Source: a bacterium (lineage in GTDB: Bacteria > UBA10199 > 2-02-FULL-50-16 > JAJFLM01). Taken from it: a stretch of DNA of 64,000 nucleotides. The stretch lies in NCBI GenBank assembly GCA_965216315.1, contig CBDCFN010000016.1:320001-384000 (forward strand), read 5' to 3'. The position numbers were made by a program, and so were the translations under genes. Numbering within the stretch: the first letter of the stretch is position 1; each line of letters begins with the position of its first letter. Positions 53,839 through 63,998 of the stretch are shown piece after piece. The notes under the pieces were generated by a model. The model made no database searches. It was not told the DNA's origin and saw only the letters and a list, made by a program, of their open reading frames with translations.

Positions 53839-56496
53839 TTAATTTTTTTGTAGCCGAACGTTATAACGTTTGTTTTTTTCGCGGCTCATATCGACGGATG
53901 TGGACCAAGGACGGAACCCGTTCATCTCCACGCGCAAGCTGTGTGAACGGTTGCGTGGGACCTTGCGAATCGTTACGGGAGTTCGGGCCCCGATGCGATT
54001 GCCATCAAAAATAACATCGGCTCGTGGGGGGATGGTTTCGACCTTGATCTCTCCAAACATGCCTTCTAATTTGATCGTACCTAAACTTTTCTTTTTGCCC
54101 CCCTGGAGGCTTACGCTTGATGAATGCTGCATAAATCCATCCTTACGCAGCATTACCGAGGCGCTTCCCGGACGGAGTCCGCTCACGGTGATCGGTGTCT
54201 TTCCTTTATACTCGGAGTTGACATAGACCTCGGCGCCGGAAGGGCTTGATCTAATCGACAGACTGGCCGGACGTCCTGAAGCGACGGGTTTGGGTGCCGG
54301 CGGCGGCGTATAGCGTGGCTCGGGTTTGGGCTCCGGCGGCGGAGTATATCTTGGTTCAGGCTTGGGTTTGGGCGTGGGCTTGGCCTCGCGAATCGGCTTT
54401 TCGACCGGCTTCGGTTTGGGTTTGGGCTCAGGTATTGCTTTGCCCTTGTCTAATGAGGCGATGAGCTTGTCGCCGGATTCTTGTTCGACCTTGACGCTCT
54501 TGGTGAAGACCTCATAGCCGCCTTTTTCCAGCTTGATCGTGTAAAACTTATCCAGCTCAAGGTTGTCGAGTTGGGTCGGGGTCACGCGCCCCGTATCCTT
54601 GCCATTTAAGAAGACCTTGGCCGCCCCCGGCTTGGAACGAACCACTAAAGAACCGAGCTTGGGAGGCGGAGGGGGCTCGGGTTTCTCTTCGAGCTTCGGA
54701 AGCTCAGGAAGTTTAGTCAAGGTAGCGCGGATATTGACCGGATTGAAATTGGCGATAGGAACCGTGCTGGCCCAATCACCGTAACCTTCCTTCTTTAAGT
54801 GAATCGCATAATCTTTTTTGATCTCAAGCTCGCCGATATCGGTTGGCGTGACCTTGCCCGTCTCTTTGCCGTTAAGCAGGATCGCGGCGCCGGGCGGATC
54901 CGATGAGATCTTGAGCATTCCTTCCGCGAGGGCCTGAAGGCTGACATGAACCTTGACGGGTTCTTCCGTCACGAGCGCGACGGTTTTTTCGTAGGGCTTA
55001 TAGTGTTCTCTTTCAATTGAGACTTTGTAGTCATCGCCAAGTGATAAGCGGCTTAAGGTCGCCGGTGTTGTTTTGCCGATGTTTTTTCCATTGAGCAGTA
55101 TCGTTGAATTAGAGGGTTCCGAGCTGACAATGATTGAGCCGTAATCAGCGAGGGGCGGCTTGGGTTCGGGCGGTTCGACGGGCTTTACGGGTTTGTCCGG
55201 GACTGTCGGTCCGACGAGTTCTTCCCAGAGCCCGCTGACTTTGTCGCCGATACCGAATTGGGACCAACTCAGATACCCGGCCGCGCCCAGTGCGAGGAAG
55301 ACGGCCAATATCATCCAGGGTCGCCTTCTTTTCGCCTGCTTGCGGACGATGGTGGGTTCGGGGACCGGAATGGCGCCGGCTTGGGTGGATTCATCGGTGA
55401 CGGATGATTCTTCATCAATTCCGATGTCAGTGCCCGTTCCGGCGTCTTTAATGCCGGCTTCCGTTCCCTGGCCTTCGTCCCCAACGAGGCTTTCACCGGT
55501 GCTGGCCTTGATCAGCAGTGAACGTGTTTTGTCGTCGACATGAGGTCCGCTCTCCTCGGTTGCTTTCATTTCTTTGTCAAAATAGTTTCGGACAAGAGAG
55601 GCGAGGTTGCGCGGTGAAAAATCGATGTACGAGGAATAAAGATATTTAGTGAGTTCGAGATGAAGGTCACCCGCCGTGGCGTAACGGTCCTTGGCATTGA
55701 AGGAAAGGGCCTTGGCGAGTATGGCTTTCAGCGGCCCGGGGATATCATCCGGCAGGTCCATTGTGTTGACGCGGGTCGTGCGGATTTTATTCAATACTTC
55801 AAATTGAGTCTCTCCGGTGTAGAATTTTTCGCCGGTCAACATTTCATAGAGAACGAGGCCTGCCGAGTAGATATCAGTCCGCCCATCGAGCGGTTTGCCG
55901 AGGGCTTGTTCGGGTGACATGTAAGCGATTTTGCCCTTCAGGACGCCGGCCATCGTGTGAGAGACGTTGAGTGCCGCTTTGGCGATTCCGAAGTCGACAA
56001 TCTTGACCTCGCCTTCATAGGAAATGAGGATATTTTGCGGGTTGATATCGCGGTGGACAATATTAAGCTGCTGGCCGTCGGGGCTCGATTTGCGATGGGC
56101 ATAATCAAGGCCCTTACACATTTCACTGACAGCATACACGGCAAGGTCTTCCGGCATCTTGCCCTCGTCGGAGGTCACCCGCCGGATAAGCTCGCGCAGA
56201 TTGGTGCCATGAATGAATTCCATAGAGATGTAGTAGTCATCACCGACTTTACCGAGGTCATAGACTTGAACGATATTGGCGTGCGAAAGCAGAACCGTTA
56301 GCTTGGCTTCATCAACCAGCATCGTGATGAAGTCTTTGTCGGCAGCGCAATGAGGGAGTATTCGTTTGATGGCGAGTAGCTTTTCAAAGCCGTCGACACC
56401 ATAAGTTTTGGCCTTGTAGATCTCGGCCATGCCGCCCACGGCAAGTTTGTCGATCAGCAGATAGCGCCCAAACTGTTTCGGTTCAAAATCGCTCAT
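53839..56496 (-). CDS. Membrane Ser/Thr protein kinase with extracytoplasmic PEGA repeats
   Basis: GGMAEIY, AIK, HRDINPQN, DFG, YMSPEQ; one TM; about 5 PEGA repeats with Pro-rich linkers. Confidence 0.95.
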   Translation of the reverse strand: MSDFEPKQFGRYLLIDKLAVGGMAEIYKAKTYGVDGFEKLLAIKRILPHCAADKDFITMLVDEAKLTVLLSHANIVQVYDLGKVGDDYYISMEFIHGTNLRELIRRVTSDEGKMPEDLAVYAVSEMCKGLDYAHRKSSPDGQQLNIVHRDINPQNILISYEGEVKIVDFGIAKAALNVSHTMAGVLKGKIAYMSPEQALGKPLDGRTDIYSAGLVLYEMLTGEKFYTGETQFEVLNKIRTTRVNTMDLPDDIPGPLKAILAKALSFNAKDRYATAGDLHLELTKYLYSSYIDFSPRNLASLVRNYFDKEMKATEESGPHVDDKTRSLLIKASTGESLVGDEGQGTEAGIKDAGTGTDIGIDEESSVTDESTQAGAIPVPEPTIVRKQAKRRRPWMILAVFLALGAAGYLSWSQFGIGDKVSGLWEELVGPTVPDKPVKPVEPPEPKPPLADYGSIIVSSEPSNSTILLNGKNIGKTTPATLSRLSLGDDYKVSIEREHYKPYEKTVALVTEEPVKVHVSLQALAEGMLKISSDPPGAAILLNGKETGKVTPTDIGELEIKKDYAIHLKKEGYGDWASTVPIANFNPVNIRATLTKLPELPKLEEKPEPPPPPKLGSLVVRSKPGAAKVFLNGKDTGRVTPTQLDNLELDKFYTIKLEKGGYEVFTKSVKVEQESGDKLIASLDKGKAIPEPKPKPKPVEKPIREAKPTPKPKPEPRYTPPPEPKPEPRYTPPPAPKPVASGRPASLSIRSSPSGAEVYVNSEYKGKTPITVSGLRPGSASVMLRKDGFMQHSSSVSLQGGKKKSLGTIKLEGMFGEIKVETIPPRADVIFDGNRIGARTPVTIRKVPRNRSHSLRVEMNGFRPWSTSVDMSREKNKRYNVRLQKN

Positions 56497-56936
56497 AAAA
56501 AGGCCCTAATAACGAATGAAAGCGCGATGACGATGCCGACAATTGCAAAAAAATAGAGGCCAATCGTGCCCCATTGATAGTGGCGATTGTCGTCAAGAAA
56601 GCCCACGGCTCTTAAAAAAGTTATGGTCGTTGAAGTCGTGACTTCTTCGATAGTCGTTTCCTCTGCGGTCACTTCAATGGGCTCATCTGTCTTGGCCGAG
56701 ACGCTCTCTTCCTCATGGGTTGCTGCCGGACGTTTATCCCAAAGTGACGGATGGTGCTGGCCTCCGGCGTCTTTGTCTCCGGTCCATTTTTTAAAGTCGA
56801 GTTTGGGGGCAAACTCATCGTGCTCTTCTTGTTCTTCTTGTTTTTGTTTTCCCCCGCCACCATGCTCGTCTGAAGTGTCCTCCTTGCGAAGGACTTTCAT
56901 GGCGTCTGATTCGACCTTTGGGATACGATCGACCAT
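56493..56936 (-). CDS. Small acidic/Thr-rich protein with C-terminal TM
   Basis: ATG 56936 after GGAG; overlaps the kinase start. Confidence 0.65.
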   Translation of the reverse strand: MVDRIPKVESDAMKVLRKEDTSDEHGGGGKQKQEEQEEHDEFAPKLDFKKWTGDKDAGGQHHPSLWDKRPAATHEEESVSAKTDEPIEVTAEETTIEEVTTSTTITFLRAVGFLDDNRHYQWGTIGLYFFAIVGIVIALSFVIRAFL

Positions 56937-57045
56937 TGCTACTCCGTAAATTCTCCGTTCTACTGCGAATTTACTTCGCACCTCAGGAGACCTGAGGTTT
57001 GACAATTCTGCTCCACAAATTCTGAACTCTAATTCATTCCCTCGG

Positions 57046-57108
57046 TGGCCCCGTGCTTGCATAAGATGTCCAACTGGGGACTTAGCTCTACGGGGACTAC
57101 AGACCCCA
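57046..57108 (+). promoter_or_regulatory. Orphan sigma54-like promoter and UAS-like palindrome
   Basis: TGGCCCCGTGCTTGCA (57046-57061); CGGGGACT-AC-AGACCCCA (57091-57108). Confidence 0.45.
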
Positions 57109-57155
57109 TTTTAGAGATTTGTGAGACCGTTGTCTATAGGGATGTTCGTGCGGGA

Positions 57156-57467
57156 TTAGGGGGCGAGCAGGTCCCTGGCGACGTCGAAGAGAATGCCAAC
57201 CACGATCGTATCGAGCAGTATCAAGGCGAAAAAGACGAGCAGCGGGGCAAAATCGATGCCAGTACGATAAAGGGCTCGGGGCAAAATACGTCGGGCCTGG
57301 CGAAAGGCCGGTTCGGTCAGCTGACGCAGAATGCGGACAATCTGGTTGGAGGGGTCTGCATTGACCCAGGAGATGATCACGGCGGCCGCGACGACAAAGG
57401 TATAGATATTGATCAGCAGGCTTAAGAGTCGGGCGATAGCGAGGAGGATATATCCGAGCGCGGCCAT
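57156..57467 (-). CDS. yggT: YggT family membrane protein
   Basis: ISWVNADPSNQIVRILRQLTEP...GIDFAPL. Confidence 0.92.
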   Translation of the reverse strand: MAALGYILLAIARLLSLLINIYTFVVAAAVIISWVNADPSNQIVRILRQLTEPAFRQARRILPRALYRTGIDFAPLLVFFALILLDTIVVGILFDVARDLLAP

Positions 57468-57468
57468 T

Positions 57469-58290
57469 TTATTTCCCCCTCAGTTGTTTGGCGCGGGCAG
57501 CGGCTGCCTTGACGGCACGTTCGAGGGCCTGCGGCCAACGGGCCTTTTTTAGCGTGTTGAGAGCAGCGGCTGTCGTGCCTCCCTTGGAGGTGACGCGTTC
57601 GCGCAGCGTTTTTAGCGCGGTCTTTTGGCTGGCGGCCAGTTCGGTCGCGCCGGTGAGCGTGGCCGTGGCCAGCTGACGTGCTTGTGTCTCCGCAAGTCCG
57701 CCCTTGACCGCGGCATTGACCAAGGATTCTAAAAACAAGAAGACGTAGGCCGGTCCACTTCCGGAGAGGGCCGTGACCCAGTCCAGCTGATCTTCTCGCT
57801 TGCAGACGATGACCTCCCCGACGCTGGAAAAAAGCGCATGCGTGTTTTTAATGTCGATGGGTCGTGCTGTCTTGGCGGCAAAGAGGGCGGTGATCCCCTT
57901 ACGGACCAGGGCCGGGGTGTTGGGCATGGTGCGCATGAGCCGGGCGGAGCGGCCGAGATGGCGCTGCATGAAGCGCGTATCGATACCGGCGGCGATTGAG
58001 ATCAGTAGGTGTTTCGAGTTGAGGCCGGGGCGGATTCCCTGGAGGACCGCAGCCATCACCTGGGGTTTCACGGCGAGTACGATAAGAGAACACTTTTTCA
58101 TCAGTTCCTGGTTGGCGGCGAGCGTCTTGACCCTGTAGCGCTTGCTCAGTTGATTGCGACGTGCCGCCAGCGGTTCGGCCACGTAGATATTGGCGGCGCG
58201 CGCTTGTTTGGAGGCCAAGAGGCCACTGACCAAAGCTTCGGCCATGTTGCCGCCACCGATGAAACCGATTTTTTTATTTTGTAATGACAT
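57469..58290 (-). CDS. proC: Pyrroline-5-carboxylate reductase
   Basis: IGFIGGGNMA, LAVKPQ, MPNTP, TALSGSGPAY, VTSKGGTT. Confidence 0.97.
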   Translation of the reverse strand: MSLQNKKIGFIGGGNMAEALVSGLLASKQARAANIYVAEPLAARRNQLSKRYRVKTLAANQELMKKCSLIVLAVKPQVMAAVLQGIRPGLNSKHLLISIAAGIDTRFMQRHLGRSARLMRTMPNTPALVRKGITALFAAKTARPIDIKNTHALFSSVGEVIVCKREDQLDWVTALSGSGPAYVFLFLESLVNAAVKGGLAETQARQLATATLTGATELAASQKTALKTLRERVTSKGGTTAAALNTLKKARWPQALERAVKAAAARAKQLRGK

Positions 58291-58296
58291 AAAAGA

Positions 58297-58986
58297 TTAT
58301 TCTCGTGGCCCAAATAACAGGGTTCCAATGCGAATCATCGTGGCCCCTTCTTCGATCGCCACTTGATAGTCATGGCTCATGCCCATTGATAGCTCACGCA
58401 GGGGCTGCTTATACACGGCTTGTTGGTTGATTGCATCCCTTAATTCACGGACTTGGCTAAAAAATGGCCGTACCTGTTCCGTGTCATCAAAGTAGGGCGG
58501 AAGCGTCATCAATCCGCCGATGTGGACATGTTCAAAAGTATTGCATGCCCTAATCAACGAGGCCGCTTCCTCCGGAGGAACTCCGCCTTTGCTCGCTTCA
58601 GTGCCGGTATGGATTTGAATCAGTATGTTGCTGTGGGTGCCTTCTTGTGCTGCGCGGTGGTTGATTTCTTGCGCCAGTTCGATGCGATCGACGGAGTGGA
58701 TCCAATCCACGCGACCAATAATTTGTCGGACTTTCTTGCGCTGCAAATGGCCGATGAAATGCCAATGAATATCACGATGACTTTCAAGCGCTGCCTGTTT
58801 GTCGATAAGCTCCTGGACATAATTTTCGCCGAGGTCTGTCAGTCCCTCCTGAATGAGTCCTTGAATGCGATTGGGTGGCTGTCGTTTGCTTGCGCCAATG
58901 ACAACAACCTCTGACGCGTCGCGGCCGCAGTTGAGGCAGCAGCGACGTATATGGTCCCAGAGTATAGATAGTGAATGGGCTGCCAT
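58297..58986 (-). CDS. yggS: PLP homeostasis protein
   Basis: GENYVQE, WHFIGHLQ, LSMGMSHDY, GATMIRIGT. Confidence 0.95.
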   Translation of the reverse strand: MAAHSLSILWDHIRRCCLNCGRDASEVVVIGASKRQPPNRIQGLIQEGLTDLGENYVQELIDKQAALESHRDIHWHFIGHLQRKKVRQIIGRVDWIHSVDRIELAQEINHRAAQEGTHSNILIQIHTGTEASKGGVPPEEAASLIRACNTFEHVHIGGLMTLPPYFDDTEQVRPFFSQVRELRDAINQQAVYKQPLRELSMGMSHDYQVAIEEGATMIRIGTLLFGPRE

Positions 58987-59121
58987 AGCGGCTCTGTAGC
59001 GTGATTAGCCGGGTGCGTCATTCTTTTTTTTAGCCGCCTGCCATCATCTTTGGTATAATTTATAATGCGTTAACGATCTTTTACGATGCCGGCAACCTGT
59101 AACCTTAATCCATAGAATCAG

Positions 59122-61215
59122 ATGGGGAAAGAGACCATTATGGAACTTTCGCATGTCCTGCAAGAGATTCGGGAAGGCAAAGGTCAGCAAGAATTCCGAG
59201 ATCTCAAATGGGAAGGTAATTTTAAAGATTATCTAGGACTCGTTTTAAAGGAACCCCGCATTGCACGTTCGGCGTTCCAACGTATCTATGACATGATCAT
59301 GTCATACGGTTCTGAAGAGTATGTGGATCACCGCAAAAAAGTTACCCGTTATAAATTTTTCTCCGACCCACTCGAAGGCGGTAAAGACGCTATTTTCGGT
59401 CTCGATGTTCCCTTAATGAAGCTCGTGAATCTTTTCAATGCGTCAGCGCGTCGTTATGGTCCGGAGAAACGAGTGCTGTTGCTCCACGGCCCCGTTGGTA
59501 GTTCTAAAAGTACGATCGTTCGTCTCCTTAAGAAAGGTTTGTCTACTTATTCGCGCACTCCCGCCGGCAAGCTTTTTACCTTCAGTTGGGTGCCGTTAGA
59601 TCTTCCGATTCGGGAAGAATTATTCGGGAGTGCAGAAGTTTTCCCATGTCCCATGCATGAGGACCCGTTGCGACTGATCCCCCGGGAAGATCGCACCAAT
59701 TTTTTAACTGAACTGAATAAAGATCTCGCGGAAGATCAAAAAATAAATGTGGAAGGAGATTTATGCCCGCCGTGCCGCTATCTGTTTCGTGAGTTAATGA
59801 ATTACTATGATGGTGAATGGGAGAAAGTCGTTCAACATGTTCGCGTGCGTCGCATGGTTTTGTCGGAACAGGATCGGGTGGGAATTGGGACGTTTCAACC
59901 CAAAGATGAGAAGAATCAGGATTCGACCGAACTGACCGGCGATATCAATTATCGTAAAATTGCAGAGTACGGTTCTGACTCAGATCCGCGGGCGTTTAAT
60001 TTTGATGGAGAGTTCAATATCGCCAACCGTGGGCTTATCGAATTTATCGAGGTTCTCAAACTGGATGTCGCCTTTTTATATGATTTATTAGGGGCCTCTC
60101 AGGAGCATTCCATTAAACCGAAAAAATTTGCACAGACGACCATTGATGAAGTGATCATTGGACATACCAATGAAGCGGAGTTTCGCAAGCTGGAGAGTAA
60201 TGAATATATGGAGGCTTTGCGCGATCGAACGAGCCGCATTGATATTCCTTATATAACCAAGTTGCATCAGGAAATTAAAATTTATGAGCGTGATTTTAAT
60301 CCCGAGCGCATCATGGGGAAGCATATCGCACCGCATACTTTGGAGATGGCTGCAATGTGGGCGGTATTGTCGCGGCTTGAAGACCCTAAAATGCCTAATC
60401 TGACGCTCCTTCAGAAATTAAAACTTTACGATGGTAAGATGGTTCCCGGTTTTACGGAAGACAATGTAAAGGAGCTGCGCAAACAAGCCATGCGCGAGGG
60501 ACTTGATGGGATCAGCCCGCGCTATATCCAGGATAAGATTTCAAATGCGCTCGTATCTTCCAAATCGGAATCTTGCGTCAGTCCCTTCCTTGTCTTGAAG
60601 GAGCTTGAGAGCGGACTAAAATATCATACCTTGCTGAAAGGTGAGGAGCAGCGTAAGCGCTACCGCGAGTTGGTTTCCGTCGTGCGCGATGAGTATGAAG
60701 ATATCGTTAAGAATGAAGTGCAGCGTGCGATCAATGCGGATGAAGACGCCATCAGTCGACTCTGTGCCAACTATATCGACCATGTTCGTGCCTATACTCT
60801 ACGTGAAAAAGTTCAGGACTCTTACACGGGAGACTACGTCGATTCTGATGAACAGCTTATGCGCTCTATCGAAGAAAAAATTGATATTCCTGACTCCCGT
60901 AAAGATGATTTTAGGCGTGAGATAATGAACTACATTGCGGCCCTTGCCTTGGAAAATAAGACATTTGACTATCGTTCTAATGATCGCCTGCGTTCAGCTT
61001 TGGAGATAAAACTTTTTGAGGACCAGAAAGATACGATACGGTTGACTAACTTAATAGCATCGGAAGCCGTCGATCCGGCAGCTCATGATAATATTCAATT
61101 AATCAAGAGAAAGATGATCGACAACTACGGCTATTGCAAATTTTGTTCAACGGATGTCCTCAACTTTGTTGCTTCGGTGTTTGCTCGCGGTGACATTAAA
61201 GAAAAAAGAATTTAA
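59122..61215 (+). CDS. prkA: PrkA/YeaG family AAA+ serine kinase
   Basis: [34 protein letters not shown]. Confidence 0.93.
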   Translation: MGKETIMELSHVLQEIREGKGQQEFRDLKWEGNFKDYLGLVLKEPRIARSAFQRIYDMIMSYGSEEYVDHRKKVTRYKFFSDPLEGGKDAIFGLDVPLMKLVNLFNASARRYGPEKRVLLLHGPVGSSKSTIVRLLKKGLSTYSRTPAGKLFTFSWVPLDLPIREELFGSAEVFPCPMHEDPLRLIPREDRTNFLTELNKDLAEDQKINVEGDLCPPCRYLFRELMNYYDGEWEKVVQHVRVRRMVLSEQDRVGIGTFQPKDEKNQDSTELTGDINYRKIAEYGSDSDPRAFNFDGEFNIANRGLIEFIEVLKLDVAFLYDLLGASQEHSIKPKKFAQTTIDEVIIGHTNEAEFRKLESNEYMEALRDRTSRIDIPYITKLHQEIKIYERDFNPERIMGKHIAPHTLEMAAMWAVLSRLEDPKMPNLTLLQKLKLYDGKMVPGFTEDNVKELRKQAMREGLDGISPRYIQDKISNALVSSKSESCVSPFLVLKELESGLKYHTLLKGEEQRKRYRELVSVVRDEYEDIVKNEVQRAINADEDAISRLCANYIDHVRAYTLREKVQDSYTGDYVDSDEQLMRSIEEKIDIPDSRKDDFRREIMNYIAALALENKTFDYRSNDRLRSALEIKLFEDQKDTIRLTNLIASEAVDPAAHDNIQLIKRKMIDNYGYCKFCSTDVLNFVASVFARGDIKEKRI

Positions 61216-61218
61216 GGT

Positions 61219-62325
61219 ATGTTTTTGAAGATCGAGCCAGATCGATCTCGCTTTAAGCAGATTATCCGCGGTCGAATCAAGAAAGAGCTGCGCCGGTTTA
61301 TCCGCCAGGGTGAACTTATTGGAAAGCAGGGGAATGAAAATATTTCCATTCCTCTCCCGCAAATTGAACTTCCACACTTTATGTACGGTCCTCAAGAAAT
61401 GGGGGGCGTCGGTCAAGGAGATGGCAAGCCGGGGACCCCTTTGGGGACGGATGAAGTGGAGGGAGGTAAGCGAGAGGCGGGTAACCAGCCGGGGGATCAT
61501 ATTCTAGAAGTCGAAGTGACCTTGGAAGAGTTGGCACAGATGATGGGTGAGGAGTTGGAGTTGCCGAACATCAAGCCAAAGGGGCATTCGGGACTTGTGG
61601 CGGAAAAAGAACGTTATACCAGTATTCGAGCGACAGGTCCGGAATCGTTGCGACACTTTCGAAGAACTTTTAAGCAGGCGTTGCGTCGGCAGCTGGTTGC
61701 CGGCACTTACAATCCTAAAAATCCAATCATTGTGCCGATTCGTGAAGACCGGCGCTATCGGATGTGGCGTCAATATCGTCGCCCCGAGCGCAATGCCGTA
61801 ATCATTTATATGATGGACGTAAGTGGTAGTATGGGTGCGGAGCAAAAAGAGATCGTGCGTATTGCCTCGTTCTGGATTGATACATGGCTACGGTCGCAAT
61901 ATGACGGACTCGATATTCGGTATATTGTTCACGATGCCGTGGCGCGAGAAGTCGACCGGGATACCTTTTATCATACCCGAGAATCAGGCGGAACGATCAT
62001 TTCATCGGCCTATCGTTTGTGTTTGCAAATGATACGAGAGGAATATGACCCGACGGAATGGAATATTTATCCTTTTCATTTCTCGGATGGCGACAATTGG
62101 TCGGGTAATGACACGATGGAATGTGTTAAATTGTTACGCGAGGAGATTATCCCGAGGAGTAATATATTTTGTTACGGTCAGGTGGAGAGCGAATATGGAA
62201 GTGGCCAATTCATGAAAGATCTCGATGAAGCCTTCGAAGAAATGGATACGCTGACAATGGCGGCGATTGGCTCGCGAGATGCGATCTATGAGTCGATTAA
62301 GAAGTTCATGGGAAAGGGACGCTAG
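61219..62325 (+). CDS. yeaH: YeaH/YhbH (DUF444) vWA-like protein
   Basis: [30 protein letters not shown]. Confidence 0.9.
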   Translation: MFLKIEPDRSRFKQIIRGRIKKELRRFIRQGELIGKQGNENISIPLPQIELPHFMYGPQEMGGVGQGDGKPGTPLGTDEVEGGKREAGNQPGDHILEVEVTLEELAQMMGEELELPNIKPKGHSGLVAEKERYTSIRATGPESLRHFRRTFKQALRRQLVAGTYNPKNPIIVPIREDRRYRMWRQYRRPERNAVIIYMMDVSGSMGAEQKEIVRIASFWIDTWLRSQYDGLDIRYIVHDAVAREVDRDTFYHTRESGGTIISSAYRLCLQMIREEYDPTEWNIYPFHFSDGDNWSGNDTMECVKLLREEIIPRSNIFCYGQVESEYGSGQFMKDLDEAFEEMDTLTMAAIGSRDAIYESIKKFMGKGR

Positions 62326-62328
62326 CGA

Positions 62329-63723
62329 ATGAGCCTTGAGAGTACGTTGGCAGAGGTGAAGGAAAAGATCCGTGACCGGGTTATGCAGACCGGACTCGAT
62401 TTTTATGAAGTCATTTTTGAGATGGTTGACGCTGATCAAATGAATGCTATCGCCGCATATGGAGGGTTTCCTAATCGCTATCCACACTGGCGCTTCGGTA
62501 TGGAGTATGAGCGCTTGAGTAAAAGCTATACTTACGGGTTTTCAAAAATCTATGAAATGGTTGTCAATAATGATCCTTGCTACGCCTATCTGATGCGTGC
62601 CAACAGCCTTGTCGAACAGAAGCTTGTGATGGCCCATGTTTATGGTCACTCCGATTTTTTTAAAAATAATGTTTTTTTTGCGAATACGAATCGCAAAATG
62701 ATGGACCAAGCAGGGACGCACCGCTCTAAAATACAACGGATGATGTTGCGTCATGGGCAGGACAAGGTAGAGGATTTTATTGATATCTGCCTTTCGCTTG
62801 AAAACTTGGTGGATGTCAATGGGTCATTGCGCCGACCCCAAGGACAACTTACTGATGAGTTGTCTGTGGAGACGCGCGAGTCTGGTGAAGAAATGGACAG
62901 TGCTCCAGGAGATATAAGGCCTGAAAAAGATGTGTTGCTATATTTGTTGGAGCGCGCGCCGCTGCATGACTGGCAGCAGGAAGTTCTTTCGGTGATTCGC
63001 GAAGAGGCCTATTATTTTACACCACAGCGGCAAACAAAAATTATGAATGAAGGTTGGGCATCCTTTTGGCATTCAATGTTGATGACTTCGGGTATTTTAA
63101 CGGACTCGGAAGTTATTGATTATGCCGATAGACATTCTGGTTCGATGCAAATGACGGGAGGGTCATTGAATCCTTACAAAGTTGGAATAGAGCTGTTTCG
63201 GGATATCGAGCAACGATGGGACAAGGGGCGTTTTGGTCGTGAGTATAATGAGTGCGATGACATGCATGAAAAAGAGACATGGGACCGTGATTTGAAAAAG
63301 GGAAGAGAAAAAGTCTTTGAGGTGCGCCGGCTTCATAACGACGTGACATTTTTGGATAATTTTTTAACTCCTGAGTTTTGTGAGCGCATGAAGCTTTTCA
63401 CGTATGATTATGAGCAAAAGAGCTCCCAGTATCAGGTGCAAAGTCGTGACTATGAAGATGTAAAGAAGAAGTTGTTGCAGATGTTGACCAATGGAGGCAA
63501 TCCCGTAATCGGCGTCATTCCGAGCTCGAGTGGAAACGGCGGCGATCTCTATTTGCGCCATTATCATGAAGGAGTGGATCTCAAGCTTGATTATGCGCGC
63601 GAGACGATTAAGAATATCTACGCTATCTGGCAGCAGCCCGTACATATAGAGACATTGGTCGAGGACGTTCCTAAACAGATTTCTTTTGATGGCTCCGAAC
63701 ACCGAGAGAGACGAATTTCGTAA
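62329..63723 (+). CDS. spoVR: SpoVR/YcgB family protein
   Basis: RYPHWRFG, AHVYGHSDFFKNN, TKIMNEGWASFWH, NPYKVG. Confidence 0.93.
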   Translation: MSLESTLAEVKEKIRDRVMQTGLDFYEVIFEMVDADQMNAIAAYGGFPNRYPHWRFGMEYERLSKSYTYGFSKIYEMVVNNDPCYAYLMRANSLVEQKLVMAHVYGHSDFFKNNVFFANTNRKMMDQAGTHRSKIQRMMLRHGQDKVEDFIDICLSLENLVDVNGSLRRPQGQLTDELSVETRESGEEMDSAPGDIRPEKDVLLYLLERAPLHDWQQEVLSVIREEAYYFTPQRQTKIMNEGWASFWHSMLMTSGILTDSEVIDYADRHSGSMQMTGGSLNPYKVGIELFRDIEQRWDKGRFGREYNECDDMHEKETWDRDLKKGREKVFEVRRLHNDVTFLDNFLTPEFCERMKLFTYDYEQKSSQYQVQSRDYEDVKKKLLQMLTNGGNPVIGVIPSSSGNGGDLYLRHYHEGVDLKLDYARETIKNIYAIWQQPVHIETLVEDVPKQISFDGSEHRERRIS

Positions 63724-63731
63724 GCAGTCAA

Positions 63732-63998
63732 TCACTCACTCGTCAATCCAATTAATCTTTTTCTTAGCGCGACTAAAATCGGCAGGTGAATCAAGATCCC
63801 CGTGGTAACAATAAGATATTCACCTATATAGACGCCGATAATGCCCATAAATGTCATGATGCCATAGTAAAAGTAGGGACCCAGTTGCGGGGCTCGTAGT
63901 GGGGGTTCCGATGAAAACCATTTATTTGAGAGCTGCTCGTAAGAGAATAGAATGGCATAAGAGACGATAAACCAACCGACAAAGTTGCTGATTGGGAC
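63732..63998 (-). CDS. 3' end of a membrane protein, DUF422/carotenoid-biosynthesis-like (partial)
   Basis: Manual translation VPISNFVGWFIVSYAILF...GLTSE*; runs off the window edge. Confidence 0.55.
   Translation of the reverse strand, partial: VPISNFVGWFIVSYAILFSYEQLSNKWFSSEPPLRAPQLGPYFYYGIMTFMGIIGVYIGEYLIVTTGILIHLPILVALRKRLIGLTSE

Noticed and set aside
57045..57425. 126-aa + strand ORF
   Set aside because: Antisense to yggT, its start overlaps the putative promoter, and it has no motif
59122..63723. prkA-yeaH-spoVR as evidence of sporulation or part of the T3SS cascade
   Set aside because: Widespread stress/stationary-phase operon in non-sporulating bacteria, separated from the locus by yggS-proC-yggT
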